From an uncultured Staphylococcaceae bacterium (GTDB lineage Bacteria; Bacillota_I; Bacilli_A; ML615J-28; CAG-313): a stretch of DNA of 64,000 bases. The stretch lies in NCBI GenBank assembly GCA_964384805.1, contig CAYLLO010000001.1, positions 5,623 through 69,622 of the forward strand. Reading direction: 5' to 3'. The notes beneath the pieces were generated by a model. The model ran no database searches, was not told the origin of the DNA, and was given only the letters and a program-made list of their open reading frames with translations. The translations under genes and the position numbers were made by a program. Positions 1 to 11,174 of this stretch are shown piece by piece (the stretch's first letter is position 1; each line of letters opens with the position of its first letter).

Positions 1-294
1 AAAATTGTAATAGGGGAGAAAAATGGTAAAACTATAAAATATGCCTATAATATAAAAGCGATACTTGCTGATGAAATGTGTGGTATTAAATCTATTAAAG
101 AAGATGTAGAAATTTATATTCCTTATGATAAGATATTGGATAATGGGATGATTGATAATACAAATATTTATTTTGAAGAAGTATTAATTACTTTAAATGT
201 TAAAAAAGTTTATTATCGATATTCGTTGAATGATTATTTAAAAGGGGTAATTAAGTTTTATCATATAGAGTTTTATACAAATTTTATTGTATAA
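1..294 (+). CDS. hypothetical protein, 5'-partial (ORF open to window start)
   Basis: Reading frame of ORF 76..294 stays open back to position 1; no recognisable motif. Confidence 0.3.
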   Translation, partial: KIVIGEKNGKTIKYAYNIKAILADEMCGIKSIKEDVEIYIPYDKILDNGMIDNTNIYFEEVLITLNVKKVYYRYSLNDYLKGVIKFYHIEFYTNFIV

Positions 295-318
295 TCCCCG
301 CCTCATCGTTATTGGAAA

Positions 319-352
319 AATGTGATTAACATTTTTTCTTTTTTTTTAAGAA
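319..352 (+). terminator. rho-independent terminator
   Basis: Hairpin aaaatgt-gatta-acatttt followed by T-run. Confidence 0.4.
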
Positions 353-439
353 AAAAGTTAAGATTTGTAGTATAATTAGATTAAGTTTAGAATAGATGAT
401 TTAATTGTACTATATTGAACAATTAGAAAGGAAAAAGAT

Positions 440-2269
440 ATGGGTATAGATAGAGAGTCATTATTAAGTCGCCAAAAGAAAATTCGCAATTTTTCCATTA
501 TTGCTCATATTGATCATGGTAAAAGTACGTTGGCAGATCGTATTTTAGAATATACTGGAACTTTAGAACAACGTGAAATGAAAGATCAAATTTTAGATAA
601 TATGGATCTAGAACGTGAACGCGGTATTACGATTAAACTTAATGCGGTTGAACTTAATTATCGTGCTAATGATGGAAATGACTATATTTTTCATTTAATT
701 GATACTCCGGGACATGTTGATTTTACGTATGAGGTTTCTCGTAGTCTTGCGGCATGTGAAGGAGCAGTGCTGGTAGTAGATGCCTCACAAGGAATTGAGG
801 CTCAAACATTGGCTAATGTTTATTTGGCACTCGATAATGATTTGGAAATTTTACCACTTATTAATAAAATTGATTTGCCGTCTGCTAATCCAGAAAAAGT
901 AAAAAAAGAAGTTGAAGATGTAATTGGACTAGATACTAGTGATGCGGTTTTAGCATCGGCTAAGGAAGGAATAGGAATTCCTGAGTTACTTGAACAAATT
1001 GTTATAAAAGTTCCTTGTCCAATAGGTGAACCTGATGCAAGTTTACAAGCTTTAATTTTTGATTCTTATTATGATTCATATCGTGGAGTTGTACCTCTTA
1101 TAAGAGTAAAAAACGGAACTGTTAAAAAAGGTGATAAAATTAAGATGATGGCAACTGGTGCTGTTTATGAAGTTACTGAATTAGGGGTTAATACTCCAAA
1201 AGAAAAAAAACGAGAGTTTTTGACGGTAGGTGATGTAGGATGGATTGCGGCATCAATTAAAGATGTTTCAACTGTTAGTGTTGGTGATACTATTACTTTA
1301 GTAGATGATGAGGCGGATAAACCGCTTGCAGGGTATCGCAAACTTAATTCTATGGTGTTTTGTGGGATTTATCCAATTGAGGCTAATAAATATGATGAAT
1401 TAAAGGAAGCTTTTGAAAAGTTAAAACTTAATGATGCTTCACTTACTTTTGAACCTGAAAACTCTCAAGCTTTAGGACATGGATTTCGTGTTGGTTTTTT
1501 AGGACTTTTACATATGGATGTTATTCAAGAACGTATAGAACGTGAGTTTAAAATTGATATTATCGCAACTTCACCAAGCGTTGATTATCATGTCTATCTA
1601 ACTAATGGAACGATGATTGAAATTGATAATCCTAGTTTGTTACCGGATCTTACAATGATTAAAAGAATCGAAGAACCTTATGTTAATGCTACTATTATGG
1701 TTCCGAGTGATTATGTTGGGGCTATTATGGAGTTATGTCAAGCAAAACGAGGGACATTTAAGGATATGCAATATATTGATGATAATCGGGTGACATTGCG
1801 ATATGAAATACCACTTGCAGAAATTGTATATGATTTTTTTGATCGCTTGAAGTCAACTACTAAAGGTTATGCTTCGTTTGATTATGAACTTAGTGCTTAT
1901 CATGAATCTAAATTAGTTAAACTTGATATTTTATTGAATGGTGAGAAAGTTGATGCTTTAAGTGTAATTATTCATAAAGATTTTGCTTATTCTAAAGGTC
2001 GTGCATTAGTTCAAAAACTGCGTAAAGTTATTCCGAGACAAATGTTTGAAGTACCTGTACAAGCAGCTATTTCTAATAAAATAATTGCTCGCGAAAATAT
2101 AGCAGCTCTCCGAAAAGATGTTCTTGCAAAATGTTATGGAGGAGATATTTCACGTAAAAAGAAATTGTTAGAAAAACAAAAAGAAGGTAAAAAACGAATG
2201 AAACAAGTGGGAAGTGTTGAAATTCCACAAAATGCATTCTTGGCGGTTTTAGAGTTAGATGAAGAATAA
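440..2269 (+). CDS. lepA: elongation factor 4 (LepA)
   Basis: GTP-binding motifs [19 protein letters not shown]; 609 aa; typical LepA C-terminal region. Confidence 0.95.
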   Translation: MGIDRESLLSRQKKIRNFSIIAHIDHGKSTLADRILEYTGTLEQREMKDQILDNMDLERERGITIKLNAVELNYRANDGNDYIFHLIDTPGHVDFTYEVSRSLAACEGAVLVVDASQGIEAQTLANVYLALDNDLEILPLINKIDLPSANPEKVKKEVEDVIGLDTSDAVLASAKEGIGIPELLEQIVIKVPCPIGEPDASLQALIFDSYYDSYRGVVPLIRVKNGTVKKGDKIKMMATGAVYEVTELGVNTPKEKKREFLTVGDVGWIAASIKDVSTVSVGDTITLVDDEADKPLAGYRKLNSMVFCGIYPIEANKYDELKEAFEKLKLNDASLTFEPENSQALGHGFRVGFLGLLHMDVIQERIEREFKIDIIATSPSVDYHVYLTNGTMIEIDNPSLLPDLTMIKRIEEPYVNATIMVPSDYVGAIMELCQAKRGTFKDMQYIDDNRVTLRYEIPLAEIVYDFFDRLKSTTKGYASFDYELSAYHESKLVKLDILLNGEKVDALSVIIHKDFAYSKGRALVQKLRKVIPRQMFEVPVQAAISNKIIARENIAALRKDVLAKCYGGDISRKKKLLEKQKEGKKRMKQVGSVEIPQNAFLAVLELDEE

Positions 2270-3380
2270 AATAGGCCTTTATATTCATATTCCTTTTTGT
2301 CGTCATATTTGTAATTATTGTGATTTTTTTAAACGCGTTTCTTCAAAAATATACCAAGATCAATATATAGAATATTTAATAAAAGATATTGCCAAAAATG
2401 TACAAATAATGTTTGATACTATTTATATTGGTGGTGGGACACCTAGCTCGCTGGATTTAAATAATCTAAATAAATTATTAAAAGCAATTGAAGAAAAAAT
2501 ATGTTCAGATAAATTAAAAGAATATACAATTGAATTGAACCCTGAGGATATAAGTTTAGAGCTTATAAGTTGTTTAAAACAATATAGTATTAATCGTATT
2601 AGCATTGGCATTCAAACATTTAATATTCGCCTTCAAAAAATTATTGGTCGTGTATCGAAATATGAGGAACTTTATCAAAAAATTGCTTTGTTAAAGAAAT
2701 ATGGTTATCAAAATATTAATGTAGACTTAATGTATGGAATAGCCGATGAAACAATTGCTGAATTAAGAGAAGATGTTACCAAAATATTAGCATTGCAACC
2801 TACTCATATTTCGACTTATTCGCTTATTTTGGAAGAAAAAACAATTTTGTATCATCAATATTTAAAGGGTGAGTATTTAGTTTCTAATGATGATTTGGAA
2901 AGTGATATGTATTATGAAATTATTAAAATCTTAAAAGATAATGGTTATTATCACTATGAAATTAGTAATTTTGCATTACCTAATCATGAATCTATTCACA
3001 ATCTCATATATTGGAGTAATGGCGAGTACTTGGGAATAGGGGCAGGAAGCAGTGGCTATATTAATGGATTAAGATACAAAGTTACAACTAATTTAAAAGA
3101 TTACTTTTTAGGAATTGATAATAATACAATTATCTATGAAGAATGTGAAAAAATAGATCTAGATACTATGATGTGGGAAGAGATAATGTTGGGATTAAGA
3201 AAAATGGAAGGAATTTCAATTTCTTTGTTTTTAGAAAAGTATAATATTTCAGTTTTTGAGGTTTTTCCGAATATTAGAAATTTAATAATTGATGGTTTTT
3301 TAGAAATAGAAAATAATTATTTAAAAATAACCGATAATAATTATTATATTTCTAATGCTATACTTGCAAAAATAATGTAG
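2259..3380 (+). CDS. hemW: radical SAM heme chaperone HemW / coproporphyrinogen III oxidase-like
   Basis: CxxxCxxC ([10 protein letters not shown]) radical SAM motif; 373 aa; directly follows lepA as in Bacillus. Confidence 0.85.
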   Translation: MKNKIGLYIHIPFCRHICNYCDFFKRVSSKIYQDQYIEYLIKDIAKNVQIMFDTIYIGGGTPSSLDLNNLNKLLKAIEEKICSDKLKEYTIELNPEDISLELISCLKQYSINRISIGIQTFNIRLQKIIGRVSKYEELYQKIALLKKYGYQNINVDLMYGIADETIAELREDVTKILALQPTHISTYSLILEEKTILYHQYLKGEYLVSNDDLESDMYYEIIKILKDNGYYHYEISNFALPNHESIHNLIYWSNGEYLGIGAGSSGYINGLRYKVTTNLKDYFLGIDNNTIIYEECEKIDLDTMMWEEIMLGLRKMEGISISLFLEKYNISVFEVFPNIRNLIIDGFLEIENNYLKITDNNYYISNAILAKIM

Positions 3381-3390
3381 GTGATGATAT

Positions 3391-3882
3391 TTGCGATATT
3401 TTAAATTAACGATGAAATTTAAAATATTGTTAAGTTTGTTTTTAATCGGTTTGGTAATGGGGATTGTTACCACAGAACAAACAAAGATAGTGATGCCGAT
3501 TTTAGAATATAATGAACTATCTAAAATAAGAATGTTTATTAATACTTTCACGATAAATATTTGGAGTTTATTTATTATATGCTGTTTAGGTTTTAATATA
3601 ATAGGAATTATTTTGATATTAATCATTATTTTTTTGAAAGGATATATTGAAGGTGTTTCATTATTATGGATTTTTAAGTTAAGTAGTAGTTTGACAACTA
3701 TTAATATTATTTCGCTTTTAATTTATTGGATAACAATGATACCTTTGTTTTTTTGGTTAGTAAATAAAGTGACCAAAATTAAAGAGCAATGCATAAAAAA
3801 AGATGAAGAAAAAAATAAAATAATGATTGTTGTATTGATTGTTAACATAATTTATAGTTTAATTATATCGTTGATTAACTAG
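3391..3882 (+). CDS. polytopic membrane protein, possibly SpoIIM-like
   Basis: Several TM helices, 163 aa; position upstream of xerD matches spoIIM neighbourhood in Bacillus; no diagnostic motif. Confidence 0.3.
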   Translation: MRYFKLTMKFKILLSLFLIGLVMGIVTTEQTKIVMPILEYNELSKIRMFINTFTINIWSLFIICCLGFNIIGIILILIIIFLKGYIEGVSLLWIFKLSSSLTTINIISLLIYWITMIPLFFWLVNKVTKIKEQCIKKDEEKNKIMIVVLIVNIIYSLIISLIN

Positions 3883-3892
3883 AGGTGATAAA

Positions 3893-4804
3893 ATGAAAGA
3901 ACTTGTAACAGAATATCGTTATTATTTACGTAGTGAGCGTGCCATGCAACCCAATACAATTTCTTCGTATGTTAGAGATGTTGAAGCATATTTAATATAT
4001 TTAGAAGATGTTTTATATATTGATGATCCGGAATTAATCAAAGAAGATGATGTTACAAGATTTTTATTATCTCTTAAAAAGAAAAAGTATACTGCTACTT
4101 CCATTAGCAGATATTTAAGTAGTATTAAATCTTTTCATAAATTTTTATCTAAAGATGGTTTAACAAGGAAAAATGTTGCTTTGCAAATATCCTCACCTAA
4201 AATTGATAAGAAATTACCAACTGTATTGACAGTTGATGAAGTTTCAAAATTATTGGATAGTATTAAAGGAGACAAACCGCTAGATTTGCGAAACGAAGCA
4301 ATGTTTGAATTAATTTATGCCTGTGGTTTTCGAGTGTCGGAGTTGGTTGACTTAAAAATAAATAATTTACATTTAACTAGCAAAATGATTCAAGTAATTG
4401 GTAAAGGGGCTAAAGAAAGGTTAGTACCTGTTAATGATTATGCGATTAAAATTTTGAGAAGATATTTATTAGAAGCAAGACCATTATTATTAAAAAATTC
4501 TAAAGATAATGGTTATGTTTTTTTAAATAATTCTGGACAAGTCTTAAGTAGAGTAGGTTTTTTTAAATTATTAAAGGATATTGCTAAAAAAGCAGGTATT
4601 ACAAAAGATATTTCACCTCATACTTTAAGACATTCATATGCTACTCATTTGCTTGAAAATGGAGTGGATTTACGCTATATTCAAGAACTTTTAGGGCATG
4701 AAGATATTTCAACTACTCAAATATATACCCATTTAAGTTTGGGAAAAGTAAAAGAGGTTTATAAAACAGCTCATCCAAGAGAAAGGGAGAATAAAAATGA
4801 ATAA
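3893..4804 (+). CDS. xerD: site-specific tyrosine recombinase XerD
   Basis: C-terminal RHSYATHLLENG...LGHEDISTTQIYTH catalytic box; 303 aa. Confidence 0.85.
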   Translation: MKELVTEYRYYLRSERAMQPNTISSYVRDVEAYLIYLEDVLYIDDPELIKEDDVTRFLLSLKKKKYTATSISRYLSSIKSFHKFLSKDGLTRKNVALQISSPKIDKKLPTVLTVDEVSKLLDSIKGDKPLDLRNEAMFELIYACGFRVSELVDLKINNLHLTSKMIQVIGKGAKERLVPVNDYAIKILRRYLLEARPLLLKNSKDNGYVFLNNSGQVLSRVGFFKLLKDIAKKAGITKDISPHTLRHSYATHLLENGVDLRYIQELLGHEDISTTQIYTHLSLGKVKEVYKTAHPRERENKNE

Positions 4805-5984
4805 ATTTAGAAGAATATTTGTTATTGTTGCTGACTCATTAGGGGTTGGTGCGTTACCAGATGCCGAAAAGTATAATGATGTGGGAGCCAATACTTTGGG
4901 ACATATTGCTAATAAATATATTGGATTTAGAATACCTACACTAGAAAAATTAGGGATAGGTTATCTTACTCATTGTGAATCTGTTACTGCATGTTTGGCA
5001 CCTGCTGGGGTTGTTGGGAAAATGGAAGAATTAAGTGTTGGTAAAGATACTTTAACTGGTCACTTTGAAATGATGGGGCTGAAGGTTGAAACTCCGTTTC
5101 CGTCTTTTACAGATGTGGGTTTTCCTCAAGAATTGATTGAGAAATTGGAGAATTTTAGTGGGCGTAAAGTAATTGGTAATATTTCTGCTAGTGGGACAGA
5201 AATTATTAAAGAATTAGGGGAAGAACAATTAAAAACTGGAGCATTGATTGTTTATACATCAGCAGATTCGGTTTTGCAGATTGCTGCAAATGAAAAGGTT
5301 ATTCCGCTAGATGAACTTTATCGTATTTGTGAATATGCTAGAAAAATTACAATTGAAAATCCTACATGGATGGTTGGGCGTATTATTGCTCGTCCTTTTG
5401 TTGGCGAAAATAAAGATAATTTTACAAGAACTGCTAATCGTCATGATTATGCCTTGAAACCTTTTGGTAAAACTGTTTTAAATAGCTTGAAAAATAAAGG
5501 GTATGATGTTATTGCTGTAGGTAAAATCAATGATATTTTTAATGGCGAAGGAATTACCAAATCTTATAAAACAGTTAGTAATCGCAATGGTATGGATATT
5601 GCTATTAAATTATTAAAAGAAAATTTTAATGGTTTGTGTTTTATTAATTTAGTTGATTTTGATGCTTTATTTGGTCATCGACGTGATTTGCCAGGATATG
5701 CTAATGCAATAATGGAATTCGATTTGCAATTGCATGAGTTTATTAAACGAATGAGTAATGATGATTTATTAATGGTGGTGGCTGATCATGGTAATGATCC
5801 GATTCATCATGGAACTGATCATACTAGAGAATATACACCATTAATTGTTTATCATAATAATGTGAAAGGAGGAATTCTTCCGATTTCTAAAACTTTTGCG
5901 GTTGTGGGTGCAACTATTGCGGAAAATTTTGAAGTAGAAGCCCCAATTATTGGAGAAAGTATTTTGGATAGAATAATTAAATAA
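4797..5984 (+). CDS. deoB: phosphopentomutase
   Basis: 395 aa; alkaline-phosphatase-like metal-site motifs (DSLGVGA, VADHGND); xerD-deoB synteny as in B. subtilis. Confidence 0.9.
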   Translation: MNKFRRIFVIVADSLGVGALPDAEKYNDVGANTLGHIANKYIGFRIPTLEKLGIGYLTHCESVTACLAPAGVVGKMEELSVGKDTLTGHFEMMGLKVETPFPSFTDVGFPQELIEKLENFSGRKVIGNISASGTEIIKELGEEQLKTGALIVYTSADSVLQIAANEKVIPLDELYRICEYARKITIENPTWMVGRIIARPFVGENKDNFTRTANRHDYALKPFGKTVLNSLKNKGYDVIAVGKINDIFNGEGITKSYKTVSNRNGMDIAIKLLKENFNGLCFINLVDFDALFGHRRDLPGYANAIMEFDLQLHEFIKRMSNDDLLMVVADHGNDPIHHGTDHTREYTPLIVYHNNVKGGILPISKTFAVVGATIAENFEVEAPIIGESILDRIIK

Positions 5985-5986
5985 AG

Positions 5987-6907
5987 ATGTTTACGCATAA
6001 AATAAAATTTGATGATCAAACCAATTTAGAGGTTTATGTATGGGCTCCGTTAGAAGAAGAGGAAACTAAAGGAGTTATACAGATTATTCATGGTATGGCA
6101 GAATATATGCCGAGATATAATGAATTTGCTGAATTCTTATCGAATAATGGTTATGTTGTTATGGGTTGTGATTTATATGCCCATGGTAAAACTTGTGGCG
6201 ATTTTAATCGATTGGGTGTGGTAACACGTTATGATTTTATGATGGCAATGATTAAAAGTGTTAAAATTGTTTATGAGGAAATGGTGTCGCGTTTTCACGA
6301 ATTACCTCATTATTTATTTGCACATAGTATGGGGTCGTTAGTTGCTCAACGATATATTGAATTGTATCCAGATGATTTTGAAAAGGTTATCTTATCGGGA
6401 ACTGATTACCCTGGTTTTAAGTATCGCATGGCCAAGTCTTTAACAAAATTATTTATAAGAAAAAATTATGTTAAATATTCGAAGTTTGTCGATAATATGG
6501 GTGCTGGAGGATTTAATAAAAGATTTGAACATGAACACCCTAAATATGCATGGTTATCGAGAGATTTACGAACTGCTGAAGTTTATGATAAAGATCCATA
6601 TTGTGGGAAAATGTTTCCAGTAGATTATTATTATTCTTTATCAAAAATGTTAATTGAATCACATAAAAAAGCTAATGTTTTTAGAATTAATCCTGGGATT
6701 TTGATTCAAATAATGGCAGGTTCTAAAGATCCGGTGGGAGGAAATGGTCAAGGACCTAAAAAATTAAGTAATTGTTATAATAAATATGGGATTGCATCAA
6801 GATTAATTTTATATCCTGAGGCTCGGCATGAATGTATTAATGAGATTCCAGGAACAAAAGAAAAATTTTTTGTAGATGCATTGACTTTTTTTGATAATCA
6901 AATTTAG
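5987..6907 (+). CDS. alpha/beta hydrolase (lysophospholipase / monoacylglycerol lipase-like)
   Basis: GxSxG nucleophile elbow HSMGS; 306 aa. Confidence 0.7.
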   Translation: MFTHKIKFDDQTNLEVYVWAPLEEEETKGVIQIIHGMAEYMPRYNEFAEFLSNNGYVVMGCDLYAHGKTCGDFNRLGVVTRYDFMMAMIKSVKIVYEEMVSRFHELPHYLFAHSMGSLVAQRYIELYPDDFEKVILSGTDYPGFKYRMAKSLTKLFIRKNYVKYSKFVDNMGAGGFNKRFEHEHPKYAWLSRDLRTAEVYDKDPYCGKMFPVDYYYSLSKMLIESHKKANVFRINPGILIQIMAGSKDPVGGNGQGPKKLSNCYNKYGIASRLILYPEARHECINEIPGTKEKFFVDALTFFDNQI

Positions 6908-6938
6908 CTAAGGTTGAAAGACCTTAGTTTTTTTATTT
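6906..6938 (+). terminator. rho-independent terminator
   Basis: Hairpin ctaaggt-tgaaaga-accttag followed by T8. Confidence 0.55.
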
Positions 6939-7539
6939 GAAAATGAATAAAAAATAAGAAGTTAATAAAATGTAATTTTGTAATTTGAAAAAAACCTTAA
7001 AAACGCCCTTTTTTGGGTATTTTTTAAAATTAATGAGTAAATATTAGTTTTTAAAATAAAAACGCCAAAAAAACCTTTTTTGGGGTTTGAAATTAAAAAT
7101 TAAAACAAATATTTGGATTAAATAATGCGAGAAAATGATGTTTTACAAAGAAGAATTAATTGTATTTTAAAAATAATAACTAAAGTTTTGTTTATTATAG
7201 AAAGAATATTTGTTTATTTAGATGGATTAAGGAGCTTAAAAAGCTGTGTTAAAACAAAGTTATGAACACAATATTTTTTCACTTCATTTATAGGCTTATT
7301 GCCTTGATTTTTGATTAGTTAACATAATATATATTATAGGAAGTAAAAATAAAATATAAAACTATAAGTGTTTCGACAATAAAACTTCTTTTTTAGCACT
7401 AAATATGATATATTTTGCGACTTTTAAAAATGTTAAATTAATTCAAATGATATACGACGAATATATTTATTTTTATAATCTAATTTCTCTGGTTGACTTT
7501 TTCCACCTTTTTAGACTGTTAAAAACTTTATATTGAGTG

Positions 7540-7612
7540 TTGAAAAATAAAAAAATATCTCTAAAGGAGATAATGAATAAAAATTATTCAAAATTTACTT
7601 TAGAGATATTGT
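7540..7612 (-). terminator. rho-independent terminator after PHP gene
   Basis: Inverted repeats aatatctctaaag / ctttagagatatt followed by T-run on minus strand. Confidence 0.45.
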
Positions 7613-7625
7613 ATTTATCGGTAAT

Positions 7626-8438
7626 TTATTTTTTAATTCGATTTACAAATGATTCCTCGATTTTTAAATTTAAATCTTTGGCAATCTGATAGGCTTTTTT
7701 AGTAGCTTCATCATTTAAATGATGGACTTCATGAGCATCATCGGATATAATTATTTCTGCATTTTTATAACTTGCTACAAGACGCCAAAACTCAATTCGG
7801 GGATATCTATATGTTTTAATTCCTTCAATGGTTGTTATCAAGCCTTTGCGTATTCCGTTTGCATTTAATTCTAATAAGACTTTGTTTTTAATTGCTGCTT
7901 CAATGATTTTTTTAGAGGCTAAAATTGCTAAATTATCCCATTTTTGATAAAACATCATAAAGATATCAGGGTGTGCTAAAATGCTGAAAAATCCGCTATT
8001 TAAGCCATTGATTACTTTATTTGTATATAGTTCTAAATCTTCAGCTGATGAACATTGATAAACAGTTTTATATGTTCCATTTGGTAATTCGATGTTGTGT
8101 TGGCCCAAAATTAAATAATCCAATTCGGTCAAATTTTTTTTATAAACCTCAATCATATCATCATAGTATTCAATTTCAACAGCCCCTAAAATATTTATTT
8201 GATTAGAATAAACTTCTTTGGCTTTTTTTATTTCTTTTAAATAGATATTATCGTATTCACTAAAAGTCATTCTTCTGGAATCAAGTTTTTCTTTATAATG
8301 TTCCAGTATTGGTCCATGATCGGATATACCAATGCTTTCATAGCCCAAATTTATTGCTTTTTTTACGTATTCTTCGACGTTTCCATTTGCATGTTTACAC
8401 AAATAGATATGAGTATGAAAATTATCTTTTATGCGCAT
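7626..8438 (-). CDS. PHP-family phosphoesterase (histidinol-phosphatase HisK-like)
   Basis: N-terminal HTHxxxxxH metal motif (FHTHIYLCKHANG), DHG and later His/Asp ligands; 270 aa. Confidence 0.7.
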   Translation of the reverse strand: MRIKDNFHTHIYLCKHANGNVEEYVKKAINLGYESIGISDHGPILEHYKEKLDSRRMTFSEYDNIYLKEIKKAKEVYSNQINILGAVEIEYYDDMIEVYKKNLTELDYLILGQHNIELPNGTYKTVYQCSSAEDLELYTNKVINGLNSGFFSILAHPDIFMMFYQKWDNLAILASKKIIEAAIKNKVLLELNANGIRKGLITTIEGIKTYRYPRIEFWRLVASYKNAEIIISDDAHEVHHLNDEATKKAYQIAKDLNLKIEESFVNRIKK

Positions 8439-8446
8439 TTTGGCCT

Positions 8447-9514
8447 CTAAAAAGGTAAATCGTCATCATCTTCATTGTATTGAATGATTTGATTGTAATT
8501 GATTTCATTTTTTTGGGTTTTAATCCATTTGGCACTACGGCCTTTTCCTAAAGGTGTAATATATTCCTGATCACGTAATTTTACAAGAATACGATTAATT
8601 GTAGCCTCACTAATAAATGGATGTCGATTTCTAATATCATCTTTGGTAAAAATGTTAGGTAATTGGTAAATGGTATTTTCGACATTATCACTTTTATTCA
8701 CGCTTTCTTCAAAAGAATATTCTTTAATTATTGTTTCTAGTTTTTGGTATCCTTGAGCTATTAGCGAATAAATTAATCTAGATAAACCAAAAATTTGAAT
8801 ATATCCTTCGCGATAATTCATACTTGCGGCAATTTTTTCTTGATTAAATTTTTCTAAATTATTATATAAAATTTCAAAAAAACTGATATAACGGAAACAA
8901 TCTACCTCGCAACGCAAAATCATATAATAAAGAGCTAAAAATGAAGCAACTTCATTTCCTTTAGTAAAAGGATTGATATTTACTAATTCAATATAAGTCA
9001 TTAATGATAAAAAAATTCTTTCATATAACTCTTTTTCAAAAAATACGTGGTAATCATCAAGGACATTGTTGATTTTTAAGCGTAAACTTTGATCGGGAAT
9101 TTTTTTTCTGCGATCCCCTTTAACCATTGAAGAAGAAAATTTAGCATATTTGGGACCATATATGGTATTAATAAAGGATAATAAATCACTAGAATTAAAC
9201 CCATATACAGGTGCATTGCTTCTAATTTGGGACAAAACGACCTTCAAATTACTGATAATACGTTCTTCGGCATTTCTAGGAGTGGAATTTTTCATAATTA
9301 TCAACCTTAGACGATTATCATTTACTTCGGTACCTATTAATAGTGCCAAAAAAAATACATCGCGTTCTAGTGTTGCTTCTTCAATTGGTTTAATGTTTTT
9401 CTTTAATGATTCTTCATAAATGGCGTTTTTTCCAATTAATTTATATATATTTAACATATCTAATAATAAATCAGAAGGTAAAACGTATTGTTTTAAATTG
9501 TTAAAATTACTCAT
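8447..9514 (-). CDS. Fic-fold protein with degenerate Fic motif and C-terminal winged-helix domain
   Basis: NPFTKGNEV in place of HPFx(D/E)GNGR; C-terminal HTH-like segment (ITPLGKGRSAKW); start moved to ATG at 9514 with AAAGGAG RBS (the ORF-track start overlaps queH). Confidence 0.5.
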   Translation of the reverse strand: MSNFNNLKQYVLPSDLLLDMLNIYKLIGKNAIYEESLKKNIKPIEEATLERDVFFLALLIGTEVNDNRLRLIIMKNSTPRNAEERIISNLKVVLSQIRSNAPVYGFNSSDLLSFINTIYGPKYAKFSSSMVKGDRRKKIPDQSLRLKINNVLDDYHVFFEKELYERIFLSLMTYIELVNINPFTKGNEVASFLALYYMILRCEVDCFRYISFFEILYNNLEKFNQEKIAASMNYREGYIQIFGLSRLIYSLIAQGYQKLETIIKEYSFEESVNKSDNVENTIYQLPNIFTKDDIRNRHPFISEATINRILVKLRDQEYITPLGKGRSAKWIKTQKNEINYNQIIQYNEDDDDLPF

Positions 9515-9555
9515 AAAAAACTCCTTTTTGATATATTTATTATAACAAAAAAAAT

Positions 9556-9600
9556 AAAAATTGCAAAATAAAATACTCATTTTTCGACAATGAGTATTTA
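9556..9600 (-). terminator. rho-independent terminator after queH
   Basis: 9-bp stem aaatactca/tgagtattt followed by T-rich run on minus strand. Confidence 0.5.
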
Positions 9601-9605
9601 AAAGT

Positions 9606-10280
9606 TTATTTTTTTGATTCTCTTTTTTCAAAAGTTTCTTTTTTCGAAAATTTACAACCACAATAATTTTGACGATATAAATTATAAAATTTAGATAATT
9701 CAATTGATCTTTTATACCCATCTTCAAGTTTAAAATTAGAGTATAAAAAGTTAACTTCTACTTCTTTTTCTAATTCTATTCCAATTTCATTTATCCAATT
9801 ACTATTTTTATAAGGACTAATTGATAATGTTGTAGTAAAATAGTCAAAATTAAGCTTTTTTGCCTCCAAAGAGGTTACTTTAAGACGTTCATAATAGCAT
9901 TTATAACATCTAATGGATTTTTCGCCTAGGTTTTCATAACCTTTAATGGCCTCTAAAAAGTTATTTTCATCATAATTCCCTTTAATAATATCTATATTTA
10001 GTTGCATTTCTTTAATTAAACGCTTTAATTCTTCATATCTTTTTTCAAATTCTTCTAAAGAATCGATATTAGGATTGTAGAAAAAGATACTTATTTTAAA
10101 AATTTGAGATAATTTCTCTAAAACTGCTGTACTACAAGGGCCACAACAACTATGGATTAAAAGGGTTTTTTGGGGGTTCGAATTAGCAATTATCGGCAAA
10201 AAAATTTTTAAGTCTCTCTGAGAATGGATATCAGGGTTATTTTTCATTATTTTTACCTTCTTTTTTCTCATATTTGACAA
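9606..10280 (-). CDS. queH: epoxyqueuosine reductase QueH (DUF208)
   Basis: CCGPC motif plus additional conserved Cys (CYKCYYERL, CGC); 224 aa. Confidence 0.75.
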   Translation of the reverse strand: MSNMRKKKVKIMKNNPDIHSQRDLKIFLPIIANSNPQKTLLIHSCCGPCSTAVLEKLSQIFKISIFFYNPNIDSLEEFEKRYEELKRLIKEMQLNIDIIKGNYDENNFLEAIKGYENLGEKSIRCYKCYYERLKVTSLEAKKLNFDYFTTTLSISPYKNSNWINEIGIELEKEVEVNFLYSNFKLEDGYKRSIELSKFYNLYRQNYCGCKFSKKETFEKRESKK

Positions 10281-11160
10281 AAATTAACGGGAAAATACCT
10301 ATTGCGACAAGTGAAATAAGACCATATCTAACTAAATCTAAAAGATTATTAGGAATAAAATCAATCATTTTGAATAAAATTTTTACACCACTTTTAATTC
10401 CTAATAATAAAATTAATCCACCAACAATTCTAATTAATTTATAAGACCATTTTACATTATAATCAAATTTAACCTTTTTTTCTTCTATAAAACAACCTAA
10501 TACAAAACCTAAATATAAACCAAAAGCTTTAAATAAGTCTAAAACTTGAGGATTATTAATATTAAATATGATAAAAGGTAAAAAAATTAAAATAGAAATA
10601 GAATACAAAATATATAATGTATAACCTTTTTTCTTAAAAAAGTTAATTAAAAAGTATCCTAAACAGGAAGTACCAATTCCTAAAAATAACCCAGTAATAA
10701 CATCAACAGGAAAATGGACCCCTAAATATAGCCGAGAAACAGGTATTAAAATAATAAAAATTGTACAAATAATACGAATCCATTTCTTTTGGAATAATAT
10801 AATTAATGAAGTAAATAAAGATCCAGTATTTTGACTATGACCACTAGGAAAACTAGTACCTGTTGCACCATCTAAAGATTCATCTAATGCTCTTAAATAT
10901 TCTTTTCCTTCATATTGAAAAGGCCGTTTAGCTAGGAACAAAGATTTAGCAATACCATTTAACATCATCGAATTAATGCAAATATATCCTAATGTTTTAG
11001 CAATATCTTTATTATAGCAATAATAAATAAAGGCTAAAATAATAATTGTAATTTCACCTGAACCGAATTCTGTAATAAAATAGAAAAAAGCGGTTAAAAA
11101 ATCATTATTTAGTTTATTAAAAAAATCTAAAATTTTCCATTCAAATTCAAAATGATGCAT
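10237..11160 (-). CDS. PAP2-family membrane phosphatase (undecaprenyl-diphosphatase-like)
   Basis: PAP2 motifs KRPF, PSGH, SRxxxGVHFPVD; multiple TM helices. Confidence 0.75.
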   Translation of the reverse strand: MHHFEFEWKILDFFNKLNNDFLTAFFYFITEFGSGEITIIILAFIYYCYNKDIAKTLGYICINSMMLNGIAKSLFLAKRPFQYEGKEYLRALDESLDGATGTSFPSGHSQNTGSLFTSLIILFQKKWIRIICTIFIILIPVSRLYLGVHFPVDVITGLFLGIGTSCLGYFLINFFKKKGYTLYILYSISILIFLPFIIFNINNPQVLDLFKAFGLYLGFVLGCFIEEKKVKFDYNVKWSYKLIRIVGGLILLLGIKSGVKILFKMIDFIPNNLLDLVRYGLISLVAIGIFPLIFVKYEKKEGKNNEK

Positions 11161-11174
11161 TATTAAAACACCTT

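Noticed and set aside
2073-3626. Short minus-strand ORFs (2073..2306, 2423..2611, 3321..3626) overlapping lepA and hemW
   Set aside because: They are fully embedded in or antisense to well-supported genes. The AT-rich low-complexity translations have no start context.
10160-10185. gggggttcgaatt resembles a tRNA T-arm (GGTTCGAAT)
   Set aside because: It is inside the queH coding frame with no acceptor or anticodon arm context. No tRNA cloverleaf can be built around it.
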